Virus record (IMG/VR): IMGVR_UViG_3300048881_000780
Origin: a virus
Lineage: Duplodnaviria; Caudoviricetes
Length of the DNA stretch: 64,000 nucleotides
Reading direction: 5' to 3' (one strand)
In this document: in pieces, positions 17,876-27,391 of the stretch
How the letters are laid out: every line of letters starts with the position of its first letter
Position numbering within the stretch: position 1 is the stretch's first letter
The notes under the pieces: model-generated
What the model was told of the DNA's origin: nothing
What the model saw: the letters and a program-made list of their open reading frames with translations, nothing else
The model's database searches: none
Position numbers and translations under genes: made by a program

Positions 17876-19249
17876 ATGAAGAAAACGGTGTCCAATATTG
17901 TATTTAAATGTCTTTTTAAGTTTATGCATTCTCATGGCGTGGATGAAGAAAAACTATTATTAGGAACTGACCTAGAAAAGAGAGACTTTAATAACTTACT
18001 ATCTCGTCAAACTTGGGATACCTATCTTCGGGTATTAGATAATCTAGAGCCATTCTTAGATGATCAGGCCATTGACGAAATTGGACTATACGGAGTAACT
18101 GGACGAGAGTACCAGAAATTAACAAATATCGTATCTGGAATCTTTTCAACTAAGTTACTATATTGGGCCCAATCGAAATTCATGGGCAATTACTTATTTA
18201 ATAATATTAAGTTCGAGTATAAAAAGGATAGTCGAAATTTAGTTTCCTTAGAAATGAGTGTAGAGGGAGAGCCACCGCCGATGTTCTTTTGGAAAGGATA
18301 CGTATCTGTTTATCGGCATTTTCCAAAAATATTCGACAACACTCTATCTTCTAAAGTGGTTCTAACTAAAGTAGATAGTAATACGGCCAGATTTTTAATC
18401 TCCCCTCCAATTCATCAAAGTATTTTTAAGAGGGTTTTATTAACACTGTCTGCACCCTTTAGAGCGAGCAATACTGTTGAACTTCTATCAGAGTTAGAAC
18501 AAAGTAAGCGAGAAGTTTCCGAGTTAAATATGCTCTTATCAGATAAACTTAATGATAAAAGTATTCAGCTTATGTCCCTATCGCACGACCTTTCAAATCC
18601 TCTTTTTATTATAACGGGACTAAAAAAGAGAATCGATCGAGCAAAGAGTTTAGAAGAAGTTAAAGGTTATATAGAGAGCATAAATTCTCATGCCACTATC
18701 ATGGCACATACGATAAAGCAGACTAGAAGTTTTCTAGAAAAAGAAAATAATGGTTATAAGAAGTGTCCTATTTCAATGAAGAAGCTAATTGATGACTCTA
18801 TTCAGTTAACGCAAGCTAGAGCAGATAAAAAAGAAATTGAGCTGAAGATTAATGTAGTTGACTCTACAATTTTAGGTGACGAGAGTGCTATCTCTTGTTC
18901 GGTTATAACTAATATTATAACTAATGCCATAAAATTTTCTAATACAGGTGGGACTATAGAAATTAATAGTTACCCCAAGTATCATGATGCCATTCTTGAG
19001 GTTATAGATTTTGGTACAGGGATGGATGAAGAAACAAGAAAGAGAATTCAAAATGGGGACAAAGTTATTTCCAAAGAAGGTACTGTAAAGGAGCAGGGTT
19101 CAGGCTTTGGAATGATGATAGCTAAGAATATAATTGAAAAATTTGACGGAACCATGCATATTGAAACTAACGAGAATATCGGAACAAAATTTACAATTGT
19201 ATGGCCACAAGCTATGCAACATCTTTCAAATCTTCACCCTTCGATGTAG
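17876..19249 (+). CDS. Soluble sensor histidine kinase
   Basis: SHDLSNPL, NIITNAIKF, DFGTG, GSGFG; no TM segment. Confidence 0.9.
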   Translation: MKKTVSNIVFKCLFKFMHSHGVDEEKLLLGTDLEKRDFNNLLSRQTWDTYLRVLDNLEPFLDDQAIDEIGLYGVTGREYQKLTNIVSGIFSTKLLYWAQSKFMGNYLFNNIKFEYKKDSRNLVSLEMSVEGEPPPMFFWKGYVSVYRHFPKIFDNTLSSKVVLTKVDSNTARFLISPPIHQSIFKRVLLTLSAPFRASNTVELLSELEQSKREVSELNMLLSDKLNDKSIQLMSLSHDLSNPLFIITGLKKRIDRAKSLEEVKGYIESINSHATIMAHTIKQTRSFLEKENNGYKKCPISMKKLIDDSIQLTQARADKKEIELKINVVDSTILGDESAISCSVITNIITNAIKFSNTGGTIEINSYPKYHDAILEVIDFGTGMDEETRKRIQNGDKVISKEGTVKEQGSGFGMMIAKNIIEKFDGTMHIETNENIGTKFTIVWPQAMQHLSNLHPSM

Positions 19250-19889
19250 TCTTAGTTAAATCAATTCTATTTTTCCATAGATGATCAAGGACCTTTTGGA
19301 AAGGAATGTGAGAAACCTGTTTTATCTCATGTTTATTAATCATTAAAATGTCACACAATAAACCCTTATAATTAACATCACTACAAAGTACTTCAGTTCC
19401 CGACTTTAGGCCAAGACTGCTGGCCTTATTTGTTTTTACAACAGGTGCAACTATATAATCGTAAGAGTACTCGAGAGTAGCTTTATAGCTCAAATAAGTG
19501 AGAAGATTTGAAATAGTTACCCCATCCACTGGCCCTCTATACTTAGGGTGAACCGTTAGAGACTCAAATGTTATCAACTTATCAAGGCCTCTATCTTTAC
19601 AAACATCAAAGAAGTAATCAGGATAGTCAGAGAAATAGTTATGTGAAGTATGGGCCAGAGACTTTAAATCAAAGAAACTATGAGAACATATACCAATGGC
19701 CTCTCCCTTATATGTAATTACCACCATCCTTCTTTGTCTAACAAATGAATCAGATGAGAACTTATTCTTAAATATTGGTTGCCATACATCCTTAAATAAT
19801 TTCCAAGCGTGATTATATATATCACTCTCTCTATCTGTTTGAGGACAGGTAGTAATGAAGTAAAATTTTAAATCTTTTAGCTTAAACAT
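19212..19889 (-). CDS. LuxI/FeeM-like (GNAT-fold) N-acyltransferase
   Basis: ESLTVHPKYRG motif; size and layout of acyl-amide synthases. Confidence 0.5.
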   Translation of the reverse strand: MFKLKDLKFYFITTCPQTDRESDIYNHAWKLFKDVWQPIFKNKFSSDSFVRQRRMVVITYKGEAIGICSHSFFDLKSLAHTSHNYFSDYPDYFFDVCKDRGLDKLITFESLTVHPKYRGPVDGVTISNLLTYLSYKATLEYSYDYIVAPVVKTNKASSLGLKSGTEVLCSDVNYKGLLCDILMINKHEIKQVSHIPFQKVLDHLWKNRIDLTKTTSKGEDLKDVA

Positions 19890-20152
19890 GGAGATATAAT
19901 GCCTTTGTTATATGTTATTACCAAAGGAAATCTCAAGTTATGAGAATCTCTGATGTATAACCTTAAATTAGTGAGTATTAATATTGGCAGAGTCACTTCC
20001 TTTTGCCTGTTTTTTATTTTCCAACTATATAGGCCTTATCGTAATTTCAATAACAATGTGGGAAAATCATCATTTTTGCATTAACTTAAGTCCAAATTTG
20101 AATATTTAATATAATGAGTGGTTCTTCCATGTTCGATACTCTATATTATTTT

Positions 20153-20169
20153 ATGACAAAATGTGTTAT
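20153..20169. promoter_or_regulatory. Degenerate 17-bp operator
   Basis: ATGACAAAATGTGTTAT. Confidence 0.5.
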
Positions 20170-20190
20170 AATTTCAATAGGAGGCAAAAA

Positions 20191-20547
20191 ATGAAAAATG
20201 ATTTTTTTGATAAATTAGGAACATCTATTATCCATATACTAGCACTCCCTTTATATTGTTATTTCTTTACTATTCACACCTATGAAGAAGTTATGAAGAA
20301 TAACGACAATTTCAGAGATAAGTTATTTTTAAAGAAGATGAATCTATTAGACAATAAACACGTAAGTGACTTTTTAGAGTGGAATAAGAGATACCTGTAC
20401 GAGCGAGAAAATGGCCCCCAGGATGATATAGAGTCAAAGTTTGAAAGGCTTCAAATAGAAAACGAGGAATTGCTTAGTTTTATATCTGAAAATGAATTAG
20501 ATGATCAACTCGTAGAATTTAAAAAGATTCCAAAACTTATCAAATAG
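20191..20547 (+). CDS. Hypothetical protein
   Basis: AGGAGG RBS before ATG 20191. Confidence 0.65.
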   Translation: MKNDFFDKLGTSIIHILALPLYCYFFTIHTYEEVMKNNDNFRDKLFLKKMNLLDNKHVSDFLEWNKRYLYERENGPQDDIESKFERLQIENEELLSFISENELDDQLVEFKKIPKLIK

Positions 20548-20556
20548 GTAAACATT

Positions 20557-20889
20557 ATGAAAATAGAGTATTATCAAGAACAAAAAAAGGCCTTACGAGA
20601 TCAAGCTTGTGAAGAATTAATGATTTTTCTAAGAGATTGGTTTAAATCTCATCCAAACCTTAGACTTGTTGGTGGAAATGCCACCTGGCTACTTGAAGTA
20701 AATTATAAAGATACTGGTAAGTGGGTCACAGTGGATGAGAGAGGTGGGAAGTTTTGCTACAGCGATATGGAGAGTGATGATCTAGATCCTATCTACATTA
20801 CCCATGAGTGGAGAATGATAGAAGATTTACTGCTAGATTGGAGTTGTGAAAATGTCTACCCTTTTGGTGAAATTAATCACGATATTTAA
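20557..20889 (+). CDS. Hypothetical protein
   Basis: ORF. Confidence 0.7.
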   Translation: MKIEYYQEQKKALRDQACEELMIFLRDWFKSHPNLRLVGGNATWLLEVNYKDTGKWVTVDERGGKFCYSDMESDDLDPIYITHEWRMIEDLLLDWSCENVYPFGEINHDI

Positions 20890-21079
20890 CAATAATACAC
20901 ATTAGAAATTGAGTTATATATGAATAAGAAGAAGAAAAAAGAAGAACTATTAGAAGAAGTTGATATTGATGCTGTTAACGCCTTTGATGAATTAGAACAT
21001 GAAAAAGATATTTCATCAGGTCTACTGGTCCCCCGTGGAAATAAGGATCAATTCAAAAAAACAAAAAGAAGGGTGAAAA

Positions 21080-21430
21080 ATGATTAAAGTAATTAGAACT
21101 CTTGTTTTGGGTTACGATCAAGATAGCGACTCATTTTATCTAAAAGGTAGAGATATAAATAAAAGTTTAAAAAGAATTGATCTAGAGGAAACTGATCAAA
21201 TAAGTAAGCTTATAGAAGAATATTCCAAAGATTTTCACATTAATACATCTTCTTCTCTTCATGAATTAGTACTATCAAAGAAAGATCTACTCTGGAGTGC
21301 AGAAGGAATTCTTTTAAATAAAAAGAATCTTAAATATAATAGGTCCAAAAAGCACTATGACTATCATTTACTGAGTAAAGTTATAAACTTTAAAAAAGAT
21401 AATAATGGATACTTTCATATGATCATTTAA
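21080..21430 (+). CDS. Hypothetical protein
   Basis: ORF with RBS. Confidence 0.65.
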   Translation: MIKVIRTLVLGYDQDSDSFYLKGRDINKSLKRIDLEETDQISKLIEEYSKDFHINTSSSLHELVLSKKDLLWSAEGILLNKKNLKYNRSKKHYDYHLLSKVINFKKDNNGYFHMII

Positions 21431-21496
21431 AATGAAATCAATGTAGATGATGTTAACTAATTTAGTAATCAGGAATAAGAAGAGGTAATCGATACT

Positions 21497-21877
21497 ATGA
21501 ATGATAAAAAGCTAAATGATCTAGCTTGTAACTCTCCTGCTTCTCTTGCAGAGTACATCCAATCTGATAATATTAAAAGTTTAACTAAAGCTATGGCCAT
21601 TGTCGCGCTAGGAGAAAGGGTTTATCCAAGTTATTTTAATTTCTTAAAAAACTATATTTCTGATAAAGAGGATATTGTTAGAGAGTTAGCTTTTAGAGCG
21701 CTCTCTTTTTATTATACTGAGTGTAATAACGGACAATATGATTACCTTTTAGCGGAATTTAGAGAAAGATTGCAGACTGAAAAGGCCCCTGGAGTTAGAA
21801 GACGTCTAGAGTCTCTAATAAAATTTATGCAAAAGTATGAAGATCTAGATAACTTTAATAAATTCTCAACCAGTTAA
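21497..21877 (+). CDS. HEAT-repeat-like protein (paralog of 48997)
   Basis: AIVALGER...VRELAFRAL. Confidence 0.65.
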   Translation: MNDKKLNDLACNSPASLAEYIQSDNIKSLTKAMAIVALGERVYPSYFNFLKNYISDKEDIVRELAFRALSFYYTECNNGQYDYLLAEFRERLQTEKAPGVRRRLESLIKFMQKYEDLDNFNKFSTS

Positions 21878-21892
21878 CAATTAAGGAAAATC

Positions 21893-21909
21893 TTAACGAC
21901 TTGCGTTAA
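21893..21909. promoter_or_regulatory. 17-bp palindromic operator
   Basis: TTAACGACTTGCGTTAA. Confidence 0.8.
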
Positions 21910-21948
21910 AATCTAAATCATGGTAAACTTTATACAAGCGAGGTTATT

Positions 21949-22182
21949 ATGATTGAAAGAGAAGTTATTAATTCAAACAATAATGTATCACTAATTAAAG
22001 AAAACCATGAAGATGAATTCTGCTACGTTGTAGAAATCATCGGTACAGATAACTCTAAGAGTTTCTTTGATTGTGGTGAATCAAAAAATAAGGCCTCTGA
22101 TTTATACGATAAATTATCAAGTATTTCATACAGTAAGAGTGTGGATGTTAAGATGAGTGAAAACTCTCATCTTGTGGCATAA
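21949..22182 (+). CDS. Hypothetical protein
   Basis: GAGG RBS. Confidence 0.65.
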   Translation: MIEREVINSNNNVSLIKENHEDEFCYVVEIIGTDNSKSFFDCGESKNKASDLYDKLSSISYSKSVDVKMSENSHLVA

Positions 22183-22258
22183 GTTATTAAATGAGCGCAA
22201 AAGAGAATATTCTTAAAATAGCAACTAATAGCGTGATCTAAAAGACTGGGAGTAAGAA

Positions 22259-22480
22259 ATGGAAGAATTAGATTATTACCAACGAAAATATGACCTCGAT
22301 GTCGAAATGTCTCATTTTAGTGAGTTCTCATCTCTTAAAGGTGTTATATCGGTTGAAGGTGATACATTCTTTGCTACTGTAGGCGAAGGAGATGCTCAGT
22401 GTATTGGATCTGGAAGCACTAGGGCACACGCACTTGTAGACTGTATGAATAATTTTTGGACAGAGAAAGCTAAAGCTTAA
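22259..22480 (+). CDS. Hypothetical protein
   Basis: GGGAG RBS. Confidence 0.65.
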   Translation: MEELDYYQRKYDLDVEMSHFSEFSSLKGVISVEGDTFFATVGEGDAQCIGSGSTRAHALVDCMNNFWTEKAKA

Positions 22481-22901
22481 TGATGCGACCCTTCTCTCTT
22501 TTAAAGTATTTATCAAAATCTGGAAACTTTCCTCTGATATTTGATAAGTGAGTGCTTAATAACTGTCCTGAAAGTGGCAAGTGAATATCATCTTCGTCCT
22601 TGCTTAATGCCACTTTCAATATTCTTATTTCATTATTTGTGAATTTTATTAACTCGCTCTTATACTTTAGGGTTTTATTATCAACGTCTAAAATCATTCT
22701 CTTATACTTAATTATTGGAGATCCCTTTTTTACCAAGTCAGATATTTCATTAATTTCTAAAAGCAGTGAGTTCTTTGTGCTCTTCTTTAGTTCGGTAGAA
22801 TTTTTTATTGCAAAGGATAACTTCTTTAGTTTTGAATCTAAGTTACTTTTATTATTCTTATTCTCTATGGTGGAAACTAATACTCCCCTATCTTTTATCA
22901 T
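22470..22901 (-). CDS. Protein with an OmpR/PhoB-type winged-helix domain and no receiver domain
   Basis: LDVDNKTL....IKFT..E.RIL..L...THLSNIRGK. Confidence 0.6.
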   Translation of the reverse strand: MIKDRGVLVSTIENKNNKSNLDSKLKKLSFAIKNSTELKKSTKNSLLLEINEISDLVKKGSPIIKYKRMILDVDNKTLKYKSELIKFTNNEIRILKVALSKDEDDIHLPLSGQLLSTHLSNIRGKFPDFDKYFKREKGRIIKL

Positions 22902-23076
22902 CGAAAAACTCCTTATATAAATAATATCTAATCAAAGGCATAAATCAAATAGAAATCACTTAAGAAATCTTAAGTGAATAATTCTTGCAACTTGCCGTAA
23001 TATAAGAGGAAAATTAGATATATTGAGGCCTAAATAAATTAATGTTAGTATCTCTATATTAGAAGAAGGAGTTTTT

Positions 23077-23973
23077 ATGAGTTTTAAAAAGTTTTTATCA
23101 TATTTTTTTCAATATCTATTTGTCTTAATTATTGTTGTAACCCCTTTTGGTGCTCAAGAGACTCCAAGTATTAAATATATACTACTATTGCTCATTCCCA
23201 TGTTGATTATGTCACCTCACCTAATTTCTAAATTAGAGTCAAAGTTGAAACTCAATATTAAGACCAAGCATAGAGTAATTGTTTCAATGATTCTCTACTC
23301 TACTTTTAGCTCATTTATTATTAACGAAGATGCTAATAGAAGAGAAATTGCTAAGGAGAGTCAAGATCGTGAAGATTTTACAAAAAATAAAAAAGAAAAA
23401 TTAGATTATATTAAAAGGTTAAACTCTCAAAAGAAATATGATCGTGCATTAGTTGTAATTAAAGAATATGAAAAATTTAATGATGACGATGTAAAGAAAC
23501 TAAGAAGAGAGTTGAATTCAAAAATTAGAAAAAGAGATATTAAAAAATTAGATAAACTTGCTAGAAGTACAAGTTCAAAACAACCAAAGCTTCTACTTGA
23601 TACATATAGAAAGCTTTTAAAGCTCGATCCTCAAAATAAGAGATACAAGAAGAAAGTAGCCCATTATCAAGAAGTGGTAGATAAAATCATTATGGAAAAG
23701 AGATTAGCAGATGTTCGAGCAAAGAAGATTTCTAATCAGTTCAGTGGTTGGGATGGCGCCCATATAAAATTAGAGAGACTGGTTAAAGAAAATCTAAAAG
23801 ACCCTGATTCTTACGAACACGTAAAGAGTCTATATAATGATCACAAAACGTATTTAATAGTAGAACTTACTTATAGGGCCAAGAATAGTTTTGGTGCAAA
23901 GGTTCTTGGTAGCGTTCAAGCAAAAGTTGATATTAATTCAGGTACAGTATTAAAAATAATTAATCAAAAGTAA
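23077..23973 (+). CDS. Membrane protein
   Basis: N-terminal TM helices; C-terminal LKDPDSY...YRAKNSFGA domain. Confidence 0.75.
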   Translation: MSFKKFLSYFFQYLFVLIIVVTPFGAQETPSIKYILLLLIPMLIMSPHLISKLESKLKLNIKTKHRVIVSMILYSTFSSFIINEDANRREIAKESQDREDFTKNKKEKLDYIKRLNSQKKYDRALVVIKEYEKFNDDDVKKLRRELNSKIRKRDIKKLDKLARSTSSKQPKLLLDTYRKLLKLDPQNKRYKKKVAHYQEVVDKIIMEKRLADVRAKKISNQFSGWDGAHIKLERLVKENLKDPDSYEHVKSLYNDHKTYLIVELTYRAKNSFGAKVLGSVQAKVDINSGTVLKIINQK

Positions 23974-24540
23974 CTAAATCAGGGACTTGATCCAAGGGTT
24001 ATCAGGTCCCACTTTAAAAGGGCCCGAACTCTCTCTATTTTCAAAACCAAAGATATTATCCAATTCGCTCCATTTGATATTTTTAATAACTTCACTAACC
24101 ATGACCATTTTATCTCTCATACCTACTGACATTAGAAAGTCTTCTTTTGATATAGTGAAATCTAGTTTTTTCTGTTTCTTGCACTCATTTGGTGATAATT
24201 TTCTATAGAAGTAAATTAAGTTCGTTTCTCTGTAAAAGGCAATAACTTGTGCACTCGATAGCCTGTTAAATGCAAATAAATCTGCCAATACTCGGATGAG
24301 ATTATCACATGACTCAAATATTTTATCTGAAGAATCCATTAGCCCAATTTTTTCATATGCATCCGAATGGATTATCTTACAAACTTCTGCAAGATCAATT
24401 ATCATTTTATCAGTATCTACCTGATAAGAAATTCCAAGTTCTCTATTTAAATAATTTCGATCATCAAAAAGATCGTTAAGATTGGAATATTTAAAATGTC
24501 CTTTTATATGTAAAATACTCACTATAGCTCCCCTTTTCAT
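23974..24540 (-). CDS. Hypothetical protein carrying the shared C-terminal motif
   Basis: Ends NPWIKSLI. Confidence 0.7.
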   Translation of the reverse strand: MKRGAIVSILHIKGHFKYSNLNDLFDDRNYLNRELGISYQVDTDKMIIDLAEVCKIIHSDAYEKIGLMDSSDKIFESCDNLIRVLADLFAFNRLSSAQVIAFYRETNLIYFYRKLSPNECKKQKKLDFTISKEDFLMSVGMRDKMVMVSEVIKNIKWSELDNIFGFENRESSGPFKVGPDNPWIKSLI

Positions 24541-24563
24541 AATTATATCACATTAGTTAAATA

Positions 24564-24592
24564 TTGACAAATTGCGTTAATACATATATTAT
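24564..24592 (+). promoter_or_regulatory. Promoter with embedded operator
   Basis: TTGACA-17-TATTAT; TTGACAAATTGCGTTAA at 24564-24580. Confidence 0.85.
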
Positions 24593-24607
24593 AAAAAAGA
24601 GGTTTCT

Positions 24608-24940
24608 ATGTTAAATTCTAAAAGTATAAAAAATGCTAAAGTAATTGATCGTCTAATTGCCTATGATGGAATTTGTTCATCATATTTAATCGATGGTTCT
24701 TACTATGTGTCACATTTCTATAATCAAGATAGTAAATTCTATTATGACTACTATTTTAAAGCTTCTAAGAGTTTAATTGATGAGCTTAAAGAGGAGCAGA
24801 TAGATTTTAAGACTTTTATAGAGTCAGCTAGTGAAATTTATAAGGTGAGATTCTGCATCAAATTAAAAGAGTATCTCGTAGATAAAATTTCAATATCTGA
24901 TCTTGGGAATTTTATGCCACAGGCCGGAGAGTATCTATAA
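24608..24940 (+). CDS. Hypothetical protein
   Basis: GAGG RBS; coupled to the MTase. Confidence 0.7.
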   Translation: MLNSKSIKNAKVIDRLIAYDGICSSYLIDGSYYVSHFYNQDSKFYYDYYFKASKSLIDELKEEQIDFKTFIESASEIYKVRFCIKLKEYLVDKISISDLGNFMPQAGEYL

Positions 24941-25827
24941 TGCAATCTATTGCGACTAGAATTTATCTCATGGCCAGAAAGAATGGAAATCAATTTAAGA
25001 TATCGGATATCTACAAATACTTCCCAAAAAACAAAAGAGAGACTGTTAGAGCTAGAGTTTACACTAATTTAGGTTCGCTCTTTGAAAAGGTTTCTAGAGG
25101 CGTATACTGTATAAAAAGAAATGAAAATAGCGCTCTACTAATTAATGGAGACGGCAGAGATTTATCAAGTATTCCGGATGCTTCCATTGATGCCATTATT
25201 ACTGATCACCCATGGGTAGATAATTTAGCGCTCAAGGGTACTAGAAAAAATATGGCCAAGTACGATGGGTTTTTATATGAATTTGAAGATTTCTTAGAAA
25301 AGTATCGAGTACTAAAAGATGGATCCTTTTTAATTGAGAACTTACCTCAAGAGAGTGAAACAAATTTTGAATATCTCCATCAGATCAAGAAAATGGCAAT
25401 TAAAGCTGGTTTTAAGTTTTGGTGTGTCACAGTTTGGAAAAAAGGTAAACTAGTTCACAACACGGGAAGAGTTGCTAAGAATAAAGAATTCCTATATTTC
25501 TTCACTAAGGGAAAGGCCAGAAAATTAAGAGTCAATAAGAATACGAGACAATCTGATTTAATGTCAGGGACAACTCAAATAGTCCCATGTGAACTTAATT
25601 TTCAACCAGCTTCTCCAAAGAATAAAAAACACCAGGCCGAGAAGCCAATTGAATTACTCAAGGCACTTATCGAATTGGTTACCAATAAAGGCGAATTGGT
25701 TTTAGATCAATTTGCAGGCAGTTTTAATATTGTAGATGCCTGTCTTGAGACACAGAGAGATTGCATCGCAATAGAGATCAATGAAGAATTCTTTAATAGA
25801 TACACAAGAGAGAAAGAGGCCAGCTAA
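24940..25827 (+). CDS. Beta-class N4-C/N6-A DNA methyltransferase with N-terminal winged-helix-like extension
   Basis: IITDHPW (motif IV variant), H.AEKP..LL, VLDQFAGS. Confidence 0.85.
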   Translation: MQSIATRIYLMARKNGNQFKISDIYKYFPKNKRETVRARVYTNLGSLFEKVSRGVYCIKRNENSALLINGDGRDLSSIPDASIDAIITDHPWVDNLALKGTRKNMAKYDGFLYEFEDFLEKYRVLKDGSFLIENLPQESETNFEYLHQIKKMAIKAGFKFWCVTVWKKGKLVHNTGRVAKNKEFLYFFTKGKARKLRVNKNTRQSDLMSGTTQIVPCELNFQPASPKNKKHQAEKPIELLKALIELVTNKGELVLDQFAGSFNIVDACLETQRDCIAIEINEEFFNRYTREKEAS

Positions 25828-25830
25828 TAA

Positions 25831-26118
25831 CTATATTGTTTTCTCTGAACTCACGATGTGATCAATTTCTTTTTCACTTAAGTTTCCGGAAAATTTTAAA
25901 AGTTCTCTTATATTGAATTTAACCTCAATAAATCTAAGTCTAAATGATTGTTTCCTGATTTCTTGATAGAGTTCTCTACTGCTTTTATCGGGGTAGCCAT
26001 AGCACAAAATTAGACCACGAATCGAAAAATTTATTACTATAAATAGAGATAATGGCACGAGCACAATATAGATGAAAATATTTAATAGTATTAACGGTAT
26101 ATATAGAAGTCGATACAT
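25831..26118 (-). CDS. Small membrane protein
   Basis: Hydrophobic N-terminus. Confidence 0.55.
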   Translation of the reverse strand: MYRLLYIPLILLNIFIYIVLVPLSLFIVINFSIRGLILCYGYPDKSSRELYQEIRKQSFRLRFIEVKFNIRELLKFSGNLSEKEIDHIVSSEKTI

Positions 26119-26281
26119 AAACTCTACTCTCTAGTTAAGATGAATTTTACACCATTAATTACCGATCTAATTAGATAAAGCCAGTGCCCTGCGTAAGCTG
26201 TAAGAATCTGACTCGCTCCAATCAAAAAGAAAATAATGATCAATACATTTAATACGTTCATAAGAATTCCTTTCTTTTATT

Positions 26282-26298
26282 ATAACACCTCATGTTAA
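26282..26298. promoter_or_regulatory. 17-bp palindromic operator
   Basis: ATAACACCTCATGTTAA. Confidence 0.65.
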
Positions 26299-26317
26299 TT
26301 AAAAATACACCAGAAAT

Positions 26318-26405
26318 AAAAAAAGGGACTCTCTCGAATCCCTTTTTTACACACATACACACACATAAGGAGTAGGAGATTTGACCTAGAATTGGTCGTT
26401 CCTAC
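26318..26405 (-). ncRNA. Putative 88-nt GU-rich sRNA, copy 2
   Basis: Near-identical to 11908-11995 including the promoter; changes confined to loops and linker (GAAA to GAGA tetraloop). Confidence 0.75.
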
Positions 26406-26423
26406 AAGTTTATAATATCGGCC

Positions 26424-26440
26424 CTAACGCAGGCCGTCAA
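26424..26440. promoter_or_regulatory. 17-bp operator overlapping the sRNA -35
   Basis: CTAACGCAGGCCGTCAA. Confidence 0.65.
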
Positions 26441-26567
26441 CAAATAAAAACAAATAAAAGTCGTTTAAAATGCATATTTATATGATTTTTAATACTTAGG
26501 AACGATAACTTAAGTGGCCAAAATTAGGCCGATTGTGAATATTTTTTGATATTTTATAGATTTTATT

Positions 26568-26596
26568 TTGACACAATGTGTTAATAAATATAAACT
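26568..26596 (+). promoter_or_regulatory. Promoter with embedded operator
   Basis: TTGACA-17-TAAACT; TTGACACAATGTGTTAA at 26568-26584. Confidence 0.75.
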
Positions 26597-26602
26597 AATA
26601 TT

Positions 26603-26728
26603 ACACAAACGGAACGAAAGTACCGCTGTAGACGCACTCTTCGAGTTTTTCCCAACAAAAAGAGAGCACACATTCACACAATAAGGAAAGGCCCTCTCAC
26701 ACACACATCACACAAGGGGGCCTTTTTT
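26603..26728 (+). ncRNA. Putative ~126-nt CA-rich sRNA (partner 2)
   Basis: Promoter; GCACACATTCACACAATAAGGA; terminator AAAGGCCCTCT-(CA-rich 17-nt loop)-AGGGGGCCTTTTTT. Confidence 0.65.
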
Positions 26729-27052
26729 ATTAAATCCTCAAATTTTTCATCAATGATTTCTAGTAAGCTCTAAATAGCTCTCTAATGCACTTGGAATAAT
26801 AATTATCTAGTAACGAGATAGTTCTCTTAAATGACGTGAAAAGGCCTTTAAATAGCTCTAAGTATATACCTAGTGATGTTTCTAAGCTTATTCTTCTAGA
26901 TATACATACCTAGCTAATTAAATTGAATAAAACTGCCAATAAATTCAAACGTTTATAGATATACCTAGTTTTAGGTATATAAAGTAAAAAGTGATCACAA
27001 TATACACATATCTATTATATCTAAATGAATATACTAAGCTCTCTTGGTTTCA

Positions 27053-27113
27053 GATTATACCCGATAGGGTATAATCCCTTTAAAAAGCCTTGTTTTATAC
27101 CCTATCGGATATA
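27053..27113. promoter_or_regulatory. Paired palindromic operators upstream of the RHH gene
   Basis: GATTATACCC-GATA-GGGTATAATC and the inverted near-copy TATACCCTATCGGATATA. Confidence 0.6.
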
Positions 27114-27166
27114 GTTTTCTGTTATCTAGGTATGAAAACTTATAATTAATTCATAGAGGTGTTCAT

Positions 27167-27391
27167 ATGAATAGAATGAAATTTAGTTTAAAAAAAGAAG
27201 AAGATAGTAAAATTCAAAAAATGTTAGATACAACTAATAGTAGTGAAAAAGAATTAATTAATAATGCTTTAACACTTCTTGAGTGGGCCATTGAGGAAGT
27301 TAAAAATCAGAGAGAAATTGGTTCTCTAAGTAAAGATGACGAATTTAAAGAAGTTTTACTTCCCATGTTTAAGAGAGTTGCGAAGAGTTAA
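27167..27391 (+). CDS. Ribbon-helix-helix (CopG-like) DNA-binding protein
   Basis: RMKFSL strand then helices, ELINNALTLLEWA. Confidence 0.65.
   Translation: MNRMKFSLKKEEDSKIQKMLDTTNSSEKELINNALTLLEWAIEEVKNQREIGSLSKDDEFKEVLLPMFKRVAKS

Noticed and set aside
26510-26704. 64-aa minus-strand ORF
   Set aside because: No RBS; it overlaps a plus-strand promoter and terminator unit better explained as an ncRNA
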